Below, piece after piece: positions 42,268 through 57,411 of a DNA stretch of 64,000 nt (position 1 is its first letter; each line of letters opens with the position of its first letter). The stretch lies in NCBI GenBank assembly GCA_951406725.2, contig OX597833.1:2666001-2730000 (forward strand). The letters run 5' to 3'. Both the position numbers and the translations under genes were made by a program. The notes under the pieces are model-generated. The model did no database searches. It was not told where the DNA came from and saw only the letters and a program-made list of their open reading frames with translations. Source of the DNA: Octopus vulgaris (lineage: Eukaryota).

Positions 42268-42911
42268 CGTTTATATATATATATATATACTTGAGGAGAC
42301 CTATTGAGTCAAGTACATCAACATCAAAATAAAAATCAAATGGAAATTGTAGTTGTGATACCCGTGCTGGTGGCACATAAAAAGCACCATCTGAACATGG
42401 CCAATGCCAGTGCCGCCTTGGCCGGTGTCCATGCAGGTGGCACATAAAAAGCACCAACCGATCATGGCTGATGCCAGCCTCCTCTGGCCCCTGTACCAGT
42501 AGCACGTAAAAAGCACCCACTACACTCTCGGAGTCATTGACGTTAGGAAGGGCATCCAGCTGTAGAAACATTGCCAGATCAGACTGGAGCCTGGTGCGGC
42601 CTCCTGGCTTCCCAGACTCCAGTCAAACCGTCTAACCCATGCCAGCATGGAAAATGAATGTTAAACAATGATGATGATGATGATAAATAAAGAAACACAT
42701 ATTAAAAGGGGTCCTTGGGAAAACTCATTTAAATAAAAGGCTGGAAACTACTGCTCTAACATTTTTCTAAATTTTTCTGGAATAAATGGAATTCCAAATT
42801 CAGATTCTGCATGAAAAATTCTATCAATATCCAAATTTGAAAATTTTCACTTAATTTTAAAATTTCAAAATCTGTGTCAACAACAGAAAGAGTACCTGTA
42901 TGAAAACGTAC

Positions 42912-43222
42912 CTGTATGAAAACATAAACACCAATAAGAGGCACAGCTACAGCCAAGAAAATTGGTATGCTGATACTAATGGCTATTAAAATACTAATAA
43001 CGCTGGCAAACATCAGGATAACGGTACGGATGAGAGATGGCAACAGGTTGTCCATGACGTCCGTGTCTTTGGAGAAGCGGTTGACAATACGGCCAAGTGG
43101 TGTGGTGTCGAAGAATGACATTGGTGCTCGAAGAATGCTGTATAACATTTTTGCATGCATGACATTTGCAGCTCTCACCATGAGGTAAGCGGCCAACATC
43201 GTAAAAATGAATATAAACAGAC
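42912..43222 (-). CDS. ABCC1: ABCC1-like exon (TMD2)
   Basis: cag|..|gtacg; [36 protein letters not shown]...VYVFIQ; 311 nt. Confidence 0.96.
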
Positions 43223-44147
43223 CTGAGAATAGAGAAAAGAAAAGAAAAGAAACTTTAATAAATGATATATATATATACATACATATTAATAAAAGGAATT
43301 CCAACCTTGTCTGATTTTCACGTTTTATTTACAATCTTATAATAATATAATATAATATAATATAATAGAATAGAATAAAATAAAATAGTAGAATGTTAAA
43401 TATTCATTCTGATTGAACTAGTACTTTCATGCATTAAATTCTGCAATCTTCAGGTTCATGTAGTAGTGGTGACAGTCATGCTTCACAATTTTTGACTGTA
43501 GCGAGATGATTAAATCTGTGCCTTAAATACAGCTGTGTAGGCTCCAGATTGCTAGGTTTTGCAAACTGTATTCTGACCAATCAGTGTGTAGTATCACTCA
43601 ATTACTTAAGCTGATTGGTTGGTTGAGCTGATTGGTTTAGGCGTCACGCTTTGTTGAACATGTCAAGAGTCCTGTATCTTAACCCTGGCTGAGGCAACAA
43701 TTGTTGGGCTATTTATATACATATATATAGATGAGGGTTTTGGATAAACGAAAATAAAGAGGATCAATAGCTATGACTTTATTCAATATATTCCCTTTCT
43801 ATTTATTGCGATAGTCCTTTTTTTTTTCTAAGGCATGTAAAAGAAGTGGAAATTTGGATCTCAAACCAGGCCTTTCACAATACCCTTAAAGCAGCACCTC
43901 ACATTTATAGAAATGTGTGCATATATATATATATATATAATAATAATAATATTAGGGAGTAAATCCAAACTTACAGGGAAAAATTAGATTTAGGATTAAA
44001 TCTAATTTTATAGTATGAATATATATATTAAATTAGAGATAAAACCACTATTAGGCAAATCAAACTGGACGATATGACTGAGGTCTGGCGAACCAGATGG
44101 TTGCACCAAGCTCCAATCTGATTTGGCAGAGTTTCTACAGTTGGATG

Positions 44148-44192
<45 letters not shown>

Positions 44193-44223
44193 AGGTGAGG
44201 ACCAAATTCCTTCAAAGGGATGT

Positions 44224-44315
44224 AATTTCTGACAAGGAATTTAGTTTTTATTTCACGAATAGTTTTCTGTTTTTGTCTTTGGAATTAATTAGATTCTGAA
44301 ACAATTTGTAGGATT
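44224..44315 (+). ncRNA. Degenerate hammerhead motif
   Basis: aattt-CTGACAA-GGAATTTAG...TTAGATTCT-GAAAC AATTT GTA-ggatt; G8A, possibly CpG decay. Confidence 0.45.
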
Positions 44316-44777
44316 ATGAATTGAATTAAAGTTCGTCTACAATTCCAGTATATATATACAAAAGAGATACCCGAAGAATAGGATATCTGACTCACTAGAA
44401 AGAGCAGTTAAAACTCCAAGCCACCAATTGTTGTAATTCCGAAAGTGATTGAAAAATAAAAACTTTTAACTATCCTATTCTTCGGGTATCTCTTTTGTGT
44501 TTGAACGCACACTGTATTCTTCACAGAATAATATATAGTCTATCGACTATTTTTTTCTTTCTCGCTAGACTACTGGTAACTAAGAATTTTTCAATGAATA
44601 TTCTTGCTACCCTAAGATTTTAATTAATGATAAAATATATATATATATATATATATATACGGAGATGTACTCGCATAGCAAGTGATTTGATCTGAGATCG
44701 TGTGCTGAAACGAAAACAATTGCAGCGTGGAAGGTGTTTGTAAGCCATTTAAGAAACACACAAAAGCAGCACGGATT

Positions 44778-44828
44778 TTTGTCAGTGAACAGGTCGCAGT
44801 CTTAAAGCGATGAAAATATTTTGACAAA
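44778..44828 (+). ncRNA. Hammerhead motif, G3-C8 core variant
   Basis: tttgtca-GTGAACA-gGTCGC(9-nt loop)GCGAT-GAAA ATAT TT-tgacaaa; lies in the spacer of inverted repeat 44717-44905. Confidence 0.55.
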
Positions 44829-45085
44829 TTAAACTTAAATGTTGAATAGAACGGCTTTTGTGTGTTTCTTAAATGGCTTACAAACACCTCCCACGCTGCA
44901 ATTGTTATATATATATATATATATATATAAACAACTTATAAAATAAGGGCAAACGAAAGAATTTCTAATGCCAAATATGCCGAAAATTGGACATATTATC
45001 CATTTACCATATAAATTTTTTTCCCAGTACACATGCTACTCGAAAAAAGGTCAACAGAAATCTCTAAAAAATTCCATTATTACCA

Positions 45086-45138
45086 TATCGGACCGATTTC
45101 AGAGTTAGCTACTAAGAGCCCTCCCTTCGTCAGTGATA
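45086..45138 (-). ncRNA. Hammerhead motif in the spacer of inverted repeat 44926-45335
   Basis: tatca-CTGACGA-AGGG...CTCT-GAAAT CG GTC-cgata. Confidence 0.55.
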
Positions 45139-45419
45139 CATGTGGCAAAGAAGTAAATAAGATACTTACTCATACCCATGGAAGAATATGGTAATAATGG
45201 AATTTTTAGAGATTTCTGTCGGCCTTTTTCGAGTAGCGTGCGTACTGGGAAAAAAATTTATATGGTAAATGGACGATATGTCCAATTTTTGGCATTAGAA
45301 ATTTTTTTGTTTGCCCTTATTTATAAGTTGTTTATAATTTAACCTTTAAAGGTATTTTTTAATATGCTGGCCATTGATAAAATTTTTTTTGAAAAAATTT
45401 TATCCTACATTAGATATAT

Positions 45420-45453
<34 letters not shown>

Positions 45454-45722
45454 TCATCATCATCGTTTAACGTCCGCTTTCCATGCTAGCATGGGTTGGA
45501 CGGTTCAACTGGGGTCTGGCAAGCCCGAAGGCTGCACCAGGCCAGTCAGATCTGGCAGTGTTTCTACAGCTGGATGCCCTTCCTAACGCCAACCACTCCG
45601 AGAGTGTATATATATACACCGGAGTAAACACATAAATGTGAAACAAGGTGGAAAAAAGAGTACTCAAATACCAGTGGTAGAGTAATATGGTTTATTTAAA
45701 GCAGCAGAAAATTCAACAAAAC

Positions 45723-45760
45723 CTGTTACTCTGAGTTTCACGTTCCCGTTCGTCGGACAG
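45723..45760 (-). ncRNA. Hammerhead motif
   Basis: ctgt-CCGACGA-ACG ggaa CGT-GAAAC TCAGA GTA-acag; GNRA loop on stem II. Confidence 0.68.
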
Positions 45761-45841
45761 TTTTGCTAAAACTGTCCTACGAACGGCAATGTGAAACTCA
45801 GAGTAACAGGTTTTGTTGAATTTTCTGCTGCTTTAAATAAA

Positions 45842-45877
<36 letters not shown>

Positions 45878-46034
45878 AGGGTGATATCAGACAAAAAATT
45901 GGGTCACGGAGCAGAATACCCTAACAATTAAGTCATGTACCTTCACAGCATTACATGACTTACTCTTGTAATACAAACATTCCTTTGCTATAATGCACAC
46001 ACACTCAAAGATTAGATAAGATTTCGTAACTCAC

Positions 46035-46257
46035 TCTGTAATATACAGAAGCCACCATATTTTTCAAGGAATACATTTTCACTGTGTTTCAGGGCATCGC
46101 TGTCGTTGGTGATCGTTGCCACTTCCGTTGTCCAGCTACTGATGATAAATGATGGGTAGACTGCAGAGAACTGGTACAATGCACAGGTGATCAACATGCA
46201 GAAGCTCAGTTTCAAGCCCATAGCTTTCAAGTAATTATAATACACAGAGAATTTCAC
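46035..46257 (-). CDS. ABCC1: ABCC1-like exon (TMD2 start)
   Basis: cag|..|gtgag; VKFSVYYNYLKAMG...SSWT...YGGFCILQ; 223 nt. Confidence 0.92.
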
Positions 46258-46750
46258 CTGGAATAAATGTTAACGGAAAACGATTAGAAGAATTAGAGAT
46301 GAAGACACAACCATATTCACACACAGACATACACACACACACACAGACATGCACACACACACAGACATGCACACACACACACACATGCACACACACACAG
46401 ACGACCATAGGCACGCATGAATGCACACATAATTACCCGTTTAACCATTTAATATTCGGATTATACAGTCATGTTCATGAATTCATGCTTTGATTTAATC
46501 ATACGTTATCTCATAACTGTGTGGTCAGTCCCACAGCATGGCAAGGGTCTTCTATTATAGCCTCAGGCTGACCAAAGCTTTGTGAGTGGATTTGGTAGAG
46601 GGAAACTGAAAGAAGCCCGTTGCATGTATGTATATATATATATATATATATACCGGAGTAAACACATAAATGTGAAACAAGGTGGAAAAAAGAGTACTCA
46701 AATACCAGAGTAATATGCTTTATTTAAAGCAGCAGAAAATTCAACAAAAC

Positions 46751-46870
46751 CTGTTACTCTGAGTTTCCCGTTGCCGTTCATCAGACAGTTTTTGCTAGAA
46801 TGGAACCGTTATCGGTTCCATTCTAGCAAAAACTGTCTGATGAACAGCAACGGGAAACTCAGAGTAACAG
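46751..46870. ncRNA. Back-to-back pair of hammerhead motifs (46751-46788 minus, 46833-46870 plus)
   Basis: ctgt-CTGATGA-ACG gcaa CGG-GAAAC TCAGA GTA-acag on the minus arm; near-identical copy on the plus arm. Confidence 0.65.
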
Positions 46871-47015
46871 ATTTTGTTGAATTTTCTGCTGCTTTAAATA
46901 AAGTATATATATATATATATATATATATAAATACATGTTCAATATGTGAGCACGTGTGTATCGTTGGTGATTTTTTCCCTCCGTCTTCCCTTCCTTGGAT
47001 CTTTCCTTTTCCTTT

Positions 47016-47050
47016 GTTTCTGATGAAGAGTTCCGCTCGAAACATTAAAT
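47016..47050 (+). ncRNA. Hammerhead motif (family of 16469)
   Basis: gttt-CTGATGAA-GAGT tcc GCTC-GAAAC ATT-aaat. Confidence 0.5.
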
Positions 47051-47147
47051 CCTCCTTTCTTTCCTTTCTTGAGTGTCCAATAACACTATACTTGTTCTAC
47101 ATCCTCACGTTGTTGAGTTTTCTCTTTGTGTTTTCATGTTTGGATTA

Positions 47148-47190
<43 letters not shown>

Positions 47191-47488
47191 ATCACGTGAT
47201 CACGTGACCGACCAGACCATCAGATGTTGTTACACATCGCTGGTCACAATGCGCTTCACATTGTTTTTTTTAGCCTTCGAATGATGCCACCCTGCTGGCT
47301 AAGTGAGCAGGCCAACAGAAGAAAGAGTGGTGAAAGAATACAGCAGGGATCACCCCCTGCCGAAGCCTCATGGAGCTTTTAGGTGTTTTCGCTCAAAAAA
47401 ACACTCACAACGCCCGGTCTGGGAATCAAAACCACGATCCTGCGACTGCGAGTCCGCTGCCCTAACCACTGGGCCATTGCACCTCCAC

Positions 47489-47562
<74 letters not shown>

Positions 47563-47689
47563 AATATGTATATATTGCTCCTCCATCACCATTATAGGTA
47601 TTTATACTCCAGTGAAATTAAGAAATCTACCCATAAATAAACAAAACCCTCAAATCCATCACTGTACACACTCACAGTTGCATATCTAT

Positions 47690-47883
47690 GTATGGACTGA
47701 TGTATGCTTGGAGGCAAGCAAACCAAATTTTCATCATTCTGAGCCACTCAGCCACTGAGTATTTCTGCCAAATTTGGTGAAAATCTGTTCAGCCGTTTTC
47801 GAAGAATTTTGCAAACACACAGACAAACAGACAAAGATGAGTGATTACAATACCCTGCTTTCGTTTACGCAAGCTGGGTAATG
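47690..47883 (+). mobile_element. Possible Helentron-associated (HINE/DINE-like) element
   Basis: ccaaatttggtgaaaatc...(acag)n...terminal hairpin-like taccctgc..gctgggta. Confidence 0.35.
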
Positions 47884-49246
47884 ATGTGATTGCTTATTTT
47901 TAAAATGAAATTGTAGAATAGGTGAGAGAGGCCAGGTGTGTAGGGTAGGTGTGTGGCGCAGATGTGAGAGGCACAATTACTTATGCACAACATATGCATA
48001 AAATAACATATGCAGTCATATATGCACTCACACACACACACACATTCACACATATCTTAAATACACAGAATATCACATACACACAATTATGCGCACACAC
48101 CATACACATACAGTCATACATGATGGCTTACACATATGTAAATACATACACAATCACACACACACATGTAAATATGTAAATCAAACACACACACACATGC
48201 ACAAATATACATACCATCGCATACCCTCACACCACTACATAAACTGACACATATACACCATCTCACATTCATGCACACCATCTCACATACACACACGCCA
48301 TCTCACACACACCTTCACACACACACAGACCATCTCACACACCAACAAACATATACACACAAACACACATCATCTCAAACACACACAAACACATACACAC
48401 ACACACAAACACCATCTCAAACACACACACAAACACATACACACAACACCATCTCACACCCACAAACACACACACACAAATACACACCATCTCACATGCA
48501 CACGCACACACCATCTCACACACACACAAACACACAAACACAACACAATATCACACACACACATACACACACACACACCATCTCACATGCACACGCACAC
48601 ACCATCTCACACACACACACACACACAAACACATCATCACACACAACTGTCAGAATTACAACAACATAGAACTGTATGGAAAATGCCAGATGCAAGCTGA
48701 AAACAGCACCGTTGCACAATGACAAGTGCTACAGAGCAAGATGAATGCACAATGACAAGCTGAAGACTGGACAAACACACAACTGCAAATGCAGGATAAA
48801 CAGAAATGGAAAACAGTGCAATCAGAGAACATCAAAACTGCAAGCTGTCAAGTGCAGAAGAGCTTAAGTGCACACTGATGCATGCAAGATGACAAGCGCG
48901 CTCTAGAGACATGCACAGGATGACAGGTGTGCACCACGGACAAGTGCAGGATGGCCTGATTGCACACAACTGCAAGGTGTCATGGTTATGTAACAGCTAA
49001 ATGACAGCAGAATGGTAAAGAAGAGGATATACTCTTTTACTCTTTTACTTGTTTCAGTCATTTGACTGAGGCCATGCTGGAGCACCGCCTTTAGTCGAGC
49101 AAATCGACCCCAGGACTTATTCTTTGTAAGCCTAGTACTTATTCTATCGGTCTCTTTTGCTAAACCGCTAAGTTACGGGGATGTAAACACACCAGCATCG
49201 GTTGTCAAGCGATGTTGGGGAAGGACAAACACAGACACACAAACAT

Positions 49247-49305
<59 letters not shown>

Positions 49306-50274
49306 TATATATGATGGGCTTCTTTCAGTTTCTGTCTACCAAATGCACTCACAAAGCTTTGGTCGGCCTGAGGCTATAGTATAAGACACTTGCCCAAGGT
49401 GCCACGCAGTGGGACTGAACCCGGAACCATGTGGTTGGTAAGCAAGCTACTTACCACACAGCCACTCCTATGCTTATTATCTACAACTATGATATGGTTG
49501 TAGATTAAAAAAATACAGTTGTATGAACACATCTTTGTAGAATAGAGAACATTCGAAAAATACCACCACACAATCGATGGCTATAGCACACAAGAATCAC
49601 ATGACTATCGTAGCTATCACATGACTATCATATAACTACTGCATGAAACCTACATGACAAAAACAAGTATTACATAACTACATGTCACCAACTTTGGAAA
49701 AACCTGAGCAAAATTTAATAAGACCTTTTAAGGCGGCGAGCTGGCAGAATCATTAGCATGCCGGACGAAATGCTCAGCGGTATTTCGCCTGCCGCTACGT
49801 TCTGAATTCAAATTCCGCCGAGGTCGACTCTGCCTTTCATCCTTTCGGGGTCGATTAAATAAGTACCAGTTACGCACTGGGGTCGATATAATTGACTTAA
49901 TCCATTTGTCTGTCCTTGTTTGTCCTCTCTGTGTTTAGCCCCTTGAGGGTAGTAAAGAAATAGGTATTTCGTCTGCCGTCACGTTCTGAGTTCAAATTTT
50001 GCCGAGGTCGACTTTGCCTTTCATCCTTTCGGGGTTGATAAATTAACTACCAGTTACGCACTGGAGTCAATGTAATCGACTTAAACCCTTTGTCTGTCTT
50101 TGTTTGTCCCCTCTATGTTTAGCCCTTTGTGGGCAATTAGGAAATAAAAAATTTAATAAGACCTCACCACAGTTTTAAAAAACCATCACCAATTTTAGAA
50201 GCCCTCACCAACATTCAAAGGCCAGACTTCTCCGCCATCCAAAGCTCTCACCTCACTGAGATTCAAACACTTAC

Positions 50275-50437
50275 ATCACCAACTTCAAGTTTTTCTTCTT
50301 CGATCAGTTTGCTCTGGACAGGTGGTGTCTGGGATGGCCGTTTCCCAGACTTTTCAAGCTGGACATCGTCCTTCATGATACTCGATTGCCTTCTGACCCT
50401 TGTTGGGGCCTCCATTGATAAGGAGGACTTCAGTTTC
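50275..50437 (-). CDS. ABCC1: ABCC1-like exon (linker)
   Basis: cag|..|gtaag; KLKSSLSMEAPTRVRRQSS...KLIEEEKLEVGD, typical ABCC linker end; phase fits. Confidence 0.88.
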
Positions 50438-50686
50438 CTGAAACGGGATTGAGAAACACAACATGAGACATGACTGAGGTTATAAGTCACCAGAGAAGAA
50501 GAATTTTAGAGATAAATATTGGTAGGGACCATTTGTTTATAGGTATTGTTGCTCCAGGAGATTCCAAAGTCATCTGGAGACTGTAGTTGAAGCCAATGAC
50601 GATTCTATTGAATAAATTTACTCTTTAGTATTTCAAAATATTTTTATGTAATTTTGGTAAATATATCTATATTTGGTAAATATATA

Positions 50687-51760
50687 GGCGCAGGAGTGGC
50701 TGTGTGGTAAGTAGCTTGCTAACCAACCACATGGTTCCGGGTTCAGTCCCACTGCGTGACACCTTGGGCAAGTGTCTTCTGCTATAGCCCTGGGCCGACC
50801 AATGCCTTGTGAGTGGATTTGGTAGACGGAAACTGAAAAGAAGCCTGTCGTATATATGTATATATATGTATGTATGTGTGTGTGTGTTTGTCTCCCTAGC
50901 ATTGCTTGACAACCGATGCTGGCGTGTTTACGTCCCCGTCACTTAGCGGTTCAGCAAAAGAGACCGATAGAATAAGTACTGGGCTTACAAAGAATAAGTC
51001 CCGGGGTCGATTTGCTCGACTAAAGGCGGTGCTCCAGCATGGCCGCAGTCAAATGACTGAAACAAGTAAAAGAGTAAACGAGAGTAATATCTGATAAAAT
51101 AAGATGTCAGTATTATTTTCTCTTTTTTTTGCATATTTAGATGACAACTTATTCCCCGCACCCTCTATGTATGTGTGTGTGTGTGTGTGTGTGTCTAAAT
51201 ATTTGATGGCCAGATAACTGAAGAGATGGTGGCGTGGATCTCCACCTCAGCATCCGAAACTCGGAGTTTTATCTTGGCTACCGAATAATTGTCACATATT
51301 ACATTTACAGATACATATATACATACACACACACACCACAAGTTTATATATATATATATATTTTTTTCTTTTACTTGTTTCAGTCATCTGACTGCGGCCA
51401 TGCTGGAGCACCGCCTTTAGTCGAGCAAATTGACCCCAGGACTTATTCTTTTTGTAAGCCCAGTACTTATTCTATCGGTCTCTTTTTGCCGAACTGCTAA
51501 GTGACGGGGACGCAAACACACCAGCATCGGTTGTCAAGCAATGCTAGGGGGACAAACACAGACACACAAACATACACACACACACATATATATATATATA
51601 CGACAGGCTTCTTTCAGTTTCCGTCTACCAAATCCAACACAAGGCTTTGGTCGGCCCGAGGCTATAGCAGAAGACACTTGCCCAAGATGCCACGCAGTGG
51701 GACTGAACCCGGAACCATGTGGTTGGTTAGCAAGCTACTTACCACACAGCCACTCCTGCG

Positions 51761-51761
<1 letters not shown>
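50687..51761. mobile_element. Inverted (tail-to-tail) pair of SINE family A copies
   Basis: 50687-51085 plus and 51368-51761 minus, highly similar. Confidence 0.85.
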
Positions 51762-51832
<71 letters not shown>

Positions 51833-52040
51833 TAGATAGAGAGAGAGAGAGAGAGAGAACTGATACCATATAAATAACACTGTTTCCATGCACAGTTCTC
51901 CCCCATCCCACCCCCCACCCAGTTTATTTCAATGAAATCCTTATTTTCTGTTGTAAAAATTTTCATATTTAAAAACAAATATTAGAAATTTTCTGAAAAA
52001 AAAAAAAAAATAGCGTAAAGAGAAAAAGCCAATCACCTAC

Positions 52041-52146
52041 CTGGATTCAATCAAGGTAGATAAGTTACTTTCATCACCTGATGTGTCTACATTCTCAGAC
52101 ACAGTGGAATCTAAACGACTTAACATTTCTCTTTTGATATCTCGTG
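52041..52146 (-). CDS. ABCC1: ABCC1-like exon (NBD1-TMD2 linker)
   Basis: cag|..|gtagg; (T)RDIKREMLSRLDSTVSENVDTSGDESNLSTLIES(R); phases 1 and 2 fit both neighbours. Confidence 0.8.
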
Positions 52147-52199
52147 CTGCCAATTGGAAGGAAAATACAGAAATACATGGGTAAGAGTTGTATATTGGC

Positions 52200-53150
52200 A
52201 TCATCGTCATCATCGTCATCGTCATCGTCATCATCGTCATCATCGTCATCATCGTCATCATCGTCATCATCGTCATCATCATCATCGTCATCGTCATCAT
52301 CGTCATCATCGTCATCGTCATCGTCATCATCGTCATCATCGTCATCGTCATCGTCATCATCGTCATCGTCATCATCGTCATCATCGTCATCGTCATCATC
52401 GTCATCATCGTCATCATCGTCATCGTCATCATCGTCATCATCGTCATCGTCATCATCGTCATCATCGTCATCATCGTCATCATCGTCATCATCATCATCA
52501 TCGTCATCATCGTCATCATCGTCATCGTCATCATCGTCATCGTCATCATCGTCATCATCGTCGTCATCGTCATCGTCGTCGTCATCATCATCATCATCAC
52601 CATCACCATCACCACCACCACCATCACCATCACCATCACCATCATCATCATCATCATCATCGTCATCATCATCGTTTAACGTCCACTTTCCATGCTGGCA
52701 TGGGTTGGACGGTACAACTGGGGTCTGGGAAGCCAGGAGGCTGCACCAGGCTCCAGTCTGATCTGGCAGTGTTTCTACAGCTGGATGCTCTTCCTAACGC
52801 CAACCACTCCGTGAGTGTAGTGGGTGCTTTTTATGTGCCACCGACACAGGTGCCAGACGAGGCTGGCGAACAGCCACGCTCGGATGGTGTTTTTTATGTG
52901 CCACCGACACAGGTGCCAGACGAGGCTGGCGAACAGCCACGCTCGGATGGTGTTTTTTACGTGCCACCGGCACGGAGGCCAGGCGAGGATGGCATGGCCA
53001 CGATCAGATGGTGTTTGTTACGTGCCACCAGCACGGAGGCCAGCCGATGCAGTACTGGCTACAGCCACGTTCGGATGGTTTTCTTATGTGCCACCGGCAC
53101 TGGTATCACAAAACTACAAATTCCATTGATGTTCATCGATTTTGATTTGA
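52200..53150 (-). mobile_element. RTE-tail-type retroposon with expanded (GAT/GAC)n tail
   Basis: ggatgctcttcctaacgccaacc motif and internal ~60-bp repeats. Related copies at 34638, 41635, 42290, 45452. Confidence 0.72.
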
Positions 53151-53554
53151 TTCTTTTTTGTATATTGGCATCAATATGTGGAATCTTCTCTGAAGTCCCT
53201 TCATGGGTGAAAATAAGGTAACTTCTAAAATAAACTCTCTATTACTCTGAGTACCATGGCTTTTGTCCTTGGGTCGCATCTGTTATTTCCTATTTGTGTA
53301 CTCCTGGAAAGTACGGAAAATGGTCAACGTTTCCTTCAAACTTTGCTTTCGTTACTCTTTTACTTGTTTCAGTCATTTGACTGTGGCCATGCTGGAGCAC
53401 CGCTTTTAGTTGAGCAAATCGACTCCCAGGACTTATTCTTTGTAAGCCTAGTACTTATTCTATTGGTCTCTTTTGCTGAATTGCTAAGTTACGGGGACGT
53501 AAACACACCAGCATCGGTTGTCAAGTCATGTTGGGGGAACAAACAGATACACAA

Positions 53555-53607
<53 letters not shown>

Positions 53608-54084
53608 TATATACGACAGGCTTCTTTCAGTTTCCGTCTACCAAATCCACTCACAAGGCTTTGGTCAGCCAAAAGCTTTAGTAGAAAACACTTGTGCAAA
53701 GTGCTACAAAATGGGACTGAACCCATGACGTGGAGGTTGGAAAGCCAGCTGCTTAACCACACGGCCGTGCCTCTTCCTACTGTCACAACATTGGGGAGTC
53801 GAATGGATCTGCGTCACAATGTTTATCTCGGAGATTTCAGTTGCTTGAATTGCATTGGATTAATAAGTGGTTGAGTATACCATGGTGATGTATGACAAGA
53901 ATGAACACCACTACTGCAAACACCATTGCTGCTACTACTACTACCACCACCATTACTATTACTGCCATGAGCATTACTACCACCACCACCACCACTACTA
54001 CTACCAACAACAGCAACAACATAACCACTACTATTACTACATGCACCATAGCTACCATAACACAACCACTACTACCACCACAGC

Positions 54085-54522
54085 ACCAACACTCAAGAAT
54101 TTGTCTTATGAAGAAAGGCTGAAGACGCTCGACCTTTATTCTCTAGAAAAACGCCGCCGCCGTGGTGATCTCATTCTCGCTCACAACATCATAAGTAGAA
54201 AGTGTAACCTCTTGAAAGAGCTGTTCTTCACTCCTGCTGCAGAGCGCCGGCTGCGGGGTCACTCCGAAAAGCTCTATCTGCGACGATTTCATCTCAATCG
54301 AAGGAGAGGAGCTTTCTCCGTCCGGGTTGCGGATCCGTGGAACAAGCTGCCAGACGAGATGGTGAAGATGCTGACGACCGCTTTGTTCAAAGTCTCCCTT
54401 GACCTCAAGTGGCCTGAACTCTTTACATGAACACCACCCTGTACTTAACTCCATGTCCCCCTACATGGCCTTGCTTTTTTGCTTTTTGAGCCAAAAAATT
54501 AACTAACTAACTAACTAACTAA
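54085..54522 (+). mobile_element. CR1-group LINE 3' end
   Basis: LSYEERLKTLDLYSLEKRRRRGDLI...RGHSEKL..RRGAFSVRVADPWNKLP; (AACT)n tail. Confidence 0.85.
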
Positions 54523-54655
54523 CACTACCACAACAACTACACCACACCTACCCTCATCTCCACTCATCCTTTACCACCACCATCTTCACCATCAACACCA
54601 CAGGTCTTGGCTAAACAACAACAACAAAAGCAACAAAAATAGAAACAAAAACACT

Positions 54656-55828
<1,173 letters not shown>

Positions 55829-56651
55829 TCAACCCCAGTTTTTCACTGGTACTTAATTTATTGCCCCCAAAAGGATGAAAGACAAAGTTGACCTCAGTGG
55901 AGTTTGAACTCAGAACGTAGTGACTGATGAAATATTGTTAGGAATCTTGTCCAGCATTCTAACGATTCTGCCAGCTCACCACTCTTTACTCTTTACTCTT
56001 TTACACTTTTACTTGTTTCAGTCATTTGACTGCAGCCATGCTGGAGCACCGCCTTTAGTCGAGCAAATCGACCCCGGGACTTATTCTTTTTGAAAGCCCA
56101 GTACTTATTCTATCGGGCTCTTTTGCCGAACCGCTAAGTGACGGGGACGTAAACACACCAGCATCGGTTGTCAAGCAATGCTAGGGGGACAAACAGACAC
56201 ACAAACCCACACACACACACATATATATATATATACATATATACGACAGGCTTCTTTCAGTTTCCGTCTACCAAATCCACTCACAAGGCATTGGTCGGCC
56301 TGGGGCGATAGCAGAAGACACTTTCCCAAGATGCCACGCAATGGGACTGAACCCAGAACCATGTGGTTGGTTAGCAAGCTACTTACCACACAGCCACTCC
56401 TGCGCCTATATAATAATAATAATAATCTTTTCTATTCTAGGCACAAGGCCTGAAATTTTGGGGGAAAGGGCCAGTTGATTAGATTGACCCCATTGAATAA
56501 CTGGTACTTAATTTATTGAGCCCGAAAGGATGAAAGGCAAATCTGACCTCGGCAGAATTTGAACACAGAACATAGCAACGGGCAAAATACCGATAAGCAT
56601 TTCACCTGGAGTGCTAACGATTCTGCCAGCTCACCACCTTAATAATAAAAC

Positions 56652-56684
<33 letters not shown>

Positions 56685-56879
56685 TAATAATAATAATAAT
56701 AATAATAATAATATGAACTTCCAACTTGTCTCTTGAGGATTCTGGTTGAGACTTGAAAGGCAAAGTCAACCTCGGTGGAATTTGAACTCAAATGTAAAGA
56801 CAGACAAAATACAACTAAGCATTTCATCTAGCATGATAACAATTCTGCCATCTCGCTGCCTTAATAATAATAATAATAA

Positions 56880-56946
<67 letters not shown>

Positions 56947-56966
56947 TAATAATAATAATAATAATG

Positions 56967-57021
<55 letters not shown>

Positions 57022-57068
57022 TAATAATAATAATAATAATAATAATGATAATAATAATAATAATAATG

Positions 57069-57107
<39 letters not shown>

Positions 57108-57242
57108 TTTTTTTAAATGAACGAACTAATGAGTTTAGTTTAATGGCCTACCAATGTATACTATGAGTTTCTTTGCCCTAGGAGTCGGGAAGACACTCGG
57201 CAAGAAATGGAAGCAAATTTGAAAGAAGAAGAAAAACCCATA

Positions 57243-57288
<46 letters not shown>

Positions 57289-57370
57289 TGAACTTCCAAC
57301 TTGTTGTCTCTTGAGGTCTCTGGGTGAGACTTGGAACCAACTTGTACAAATGTAAAGCAAAAGTCAAACA

Positions 57371-57411
<41 letters not shown>

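Noticed and set aside
52144-53221. 355-aa His/Arg-rich and poly-Ser ORFs
   Set aside because: A (CAT/CGT)n retroposon tail read in open frames; only 52041-52146 on the minus strand is a real exon.
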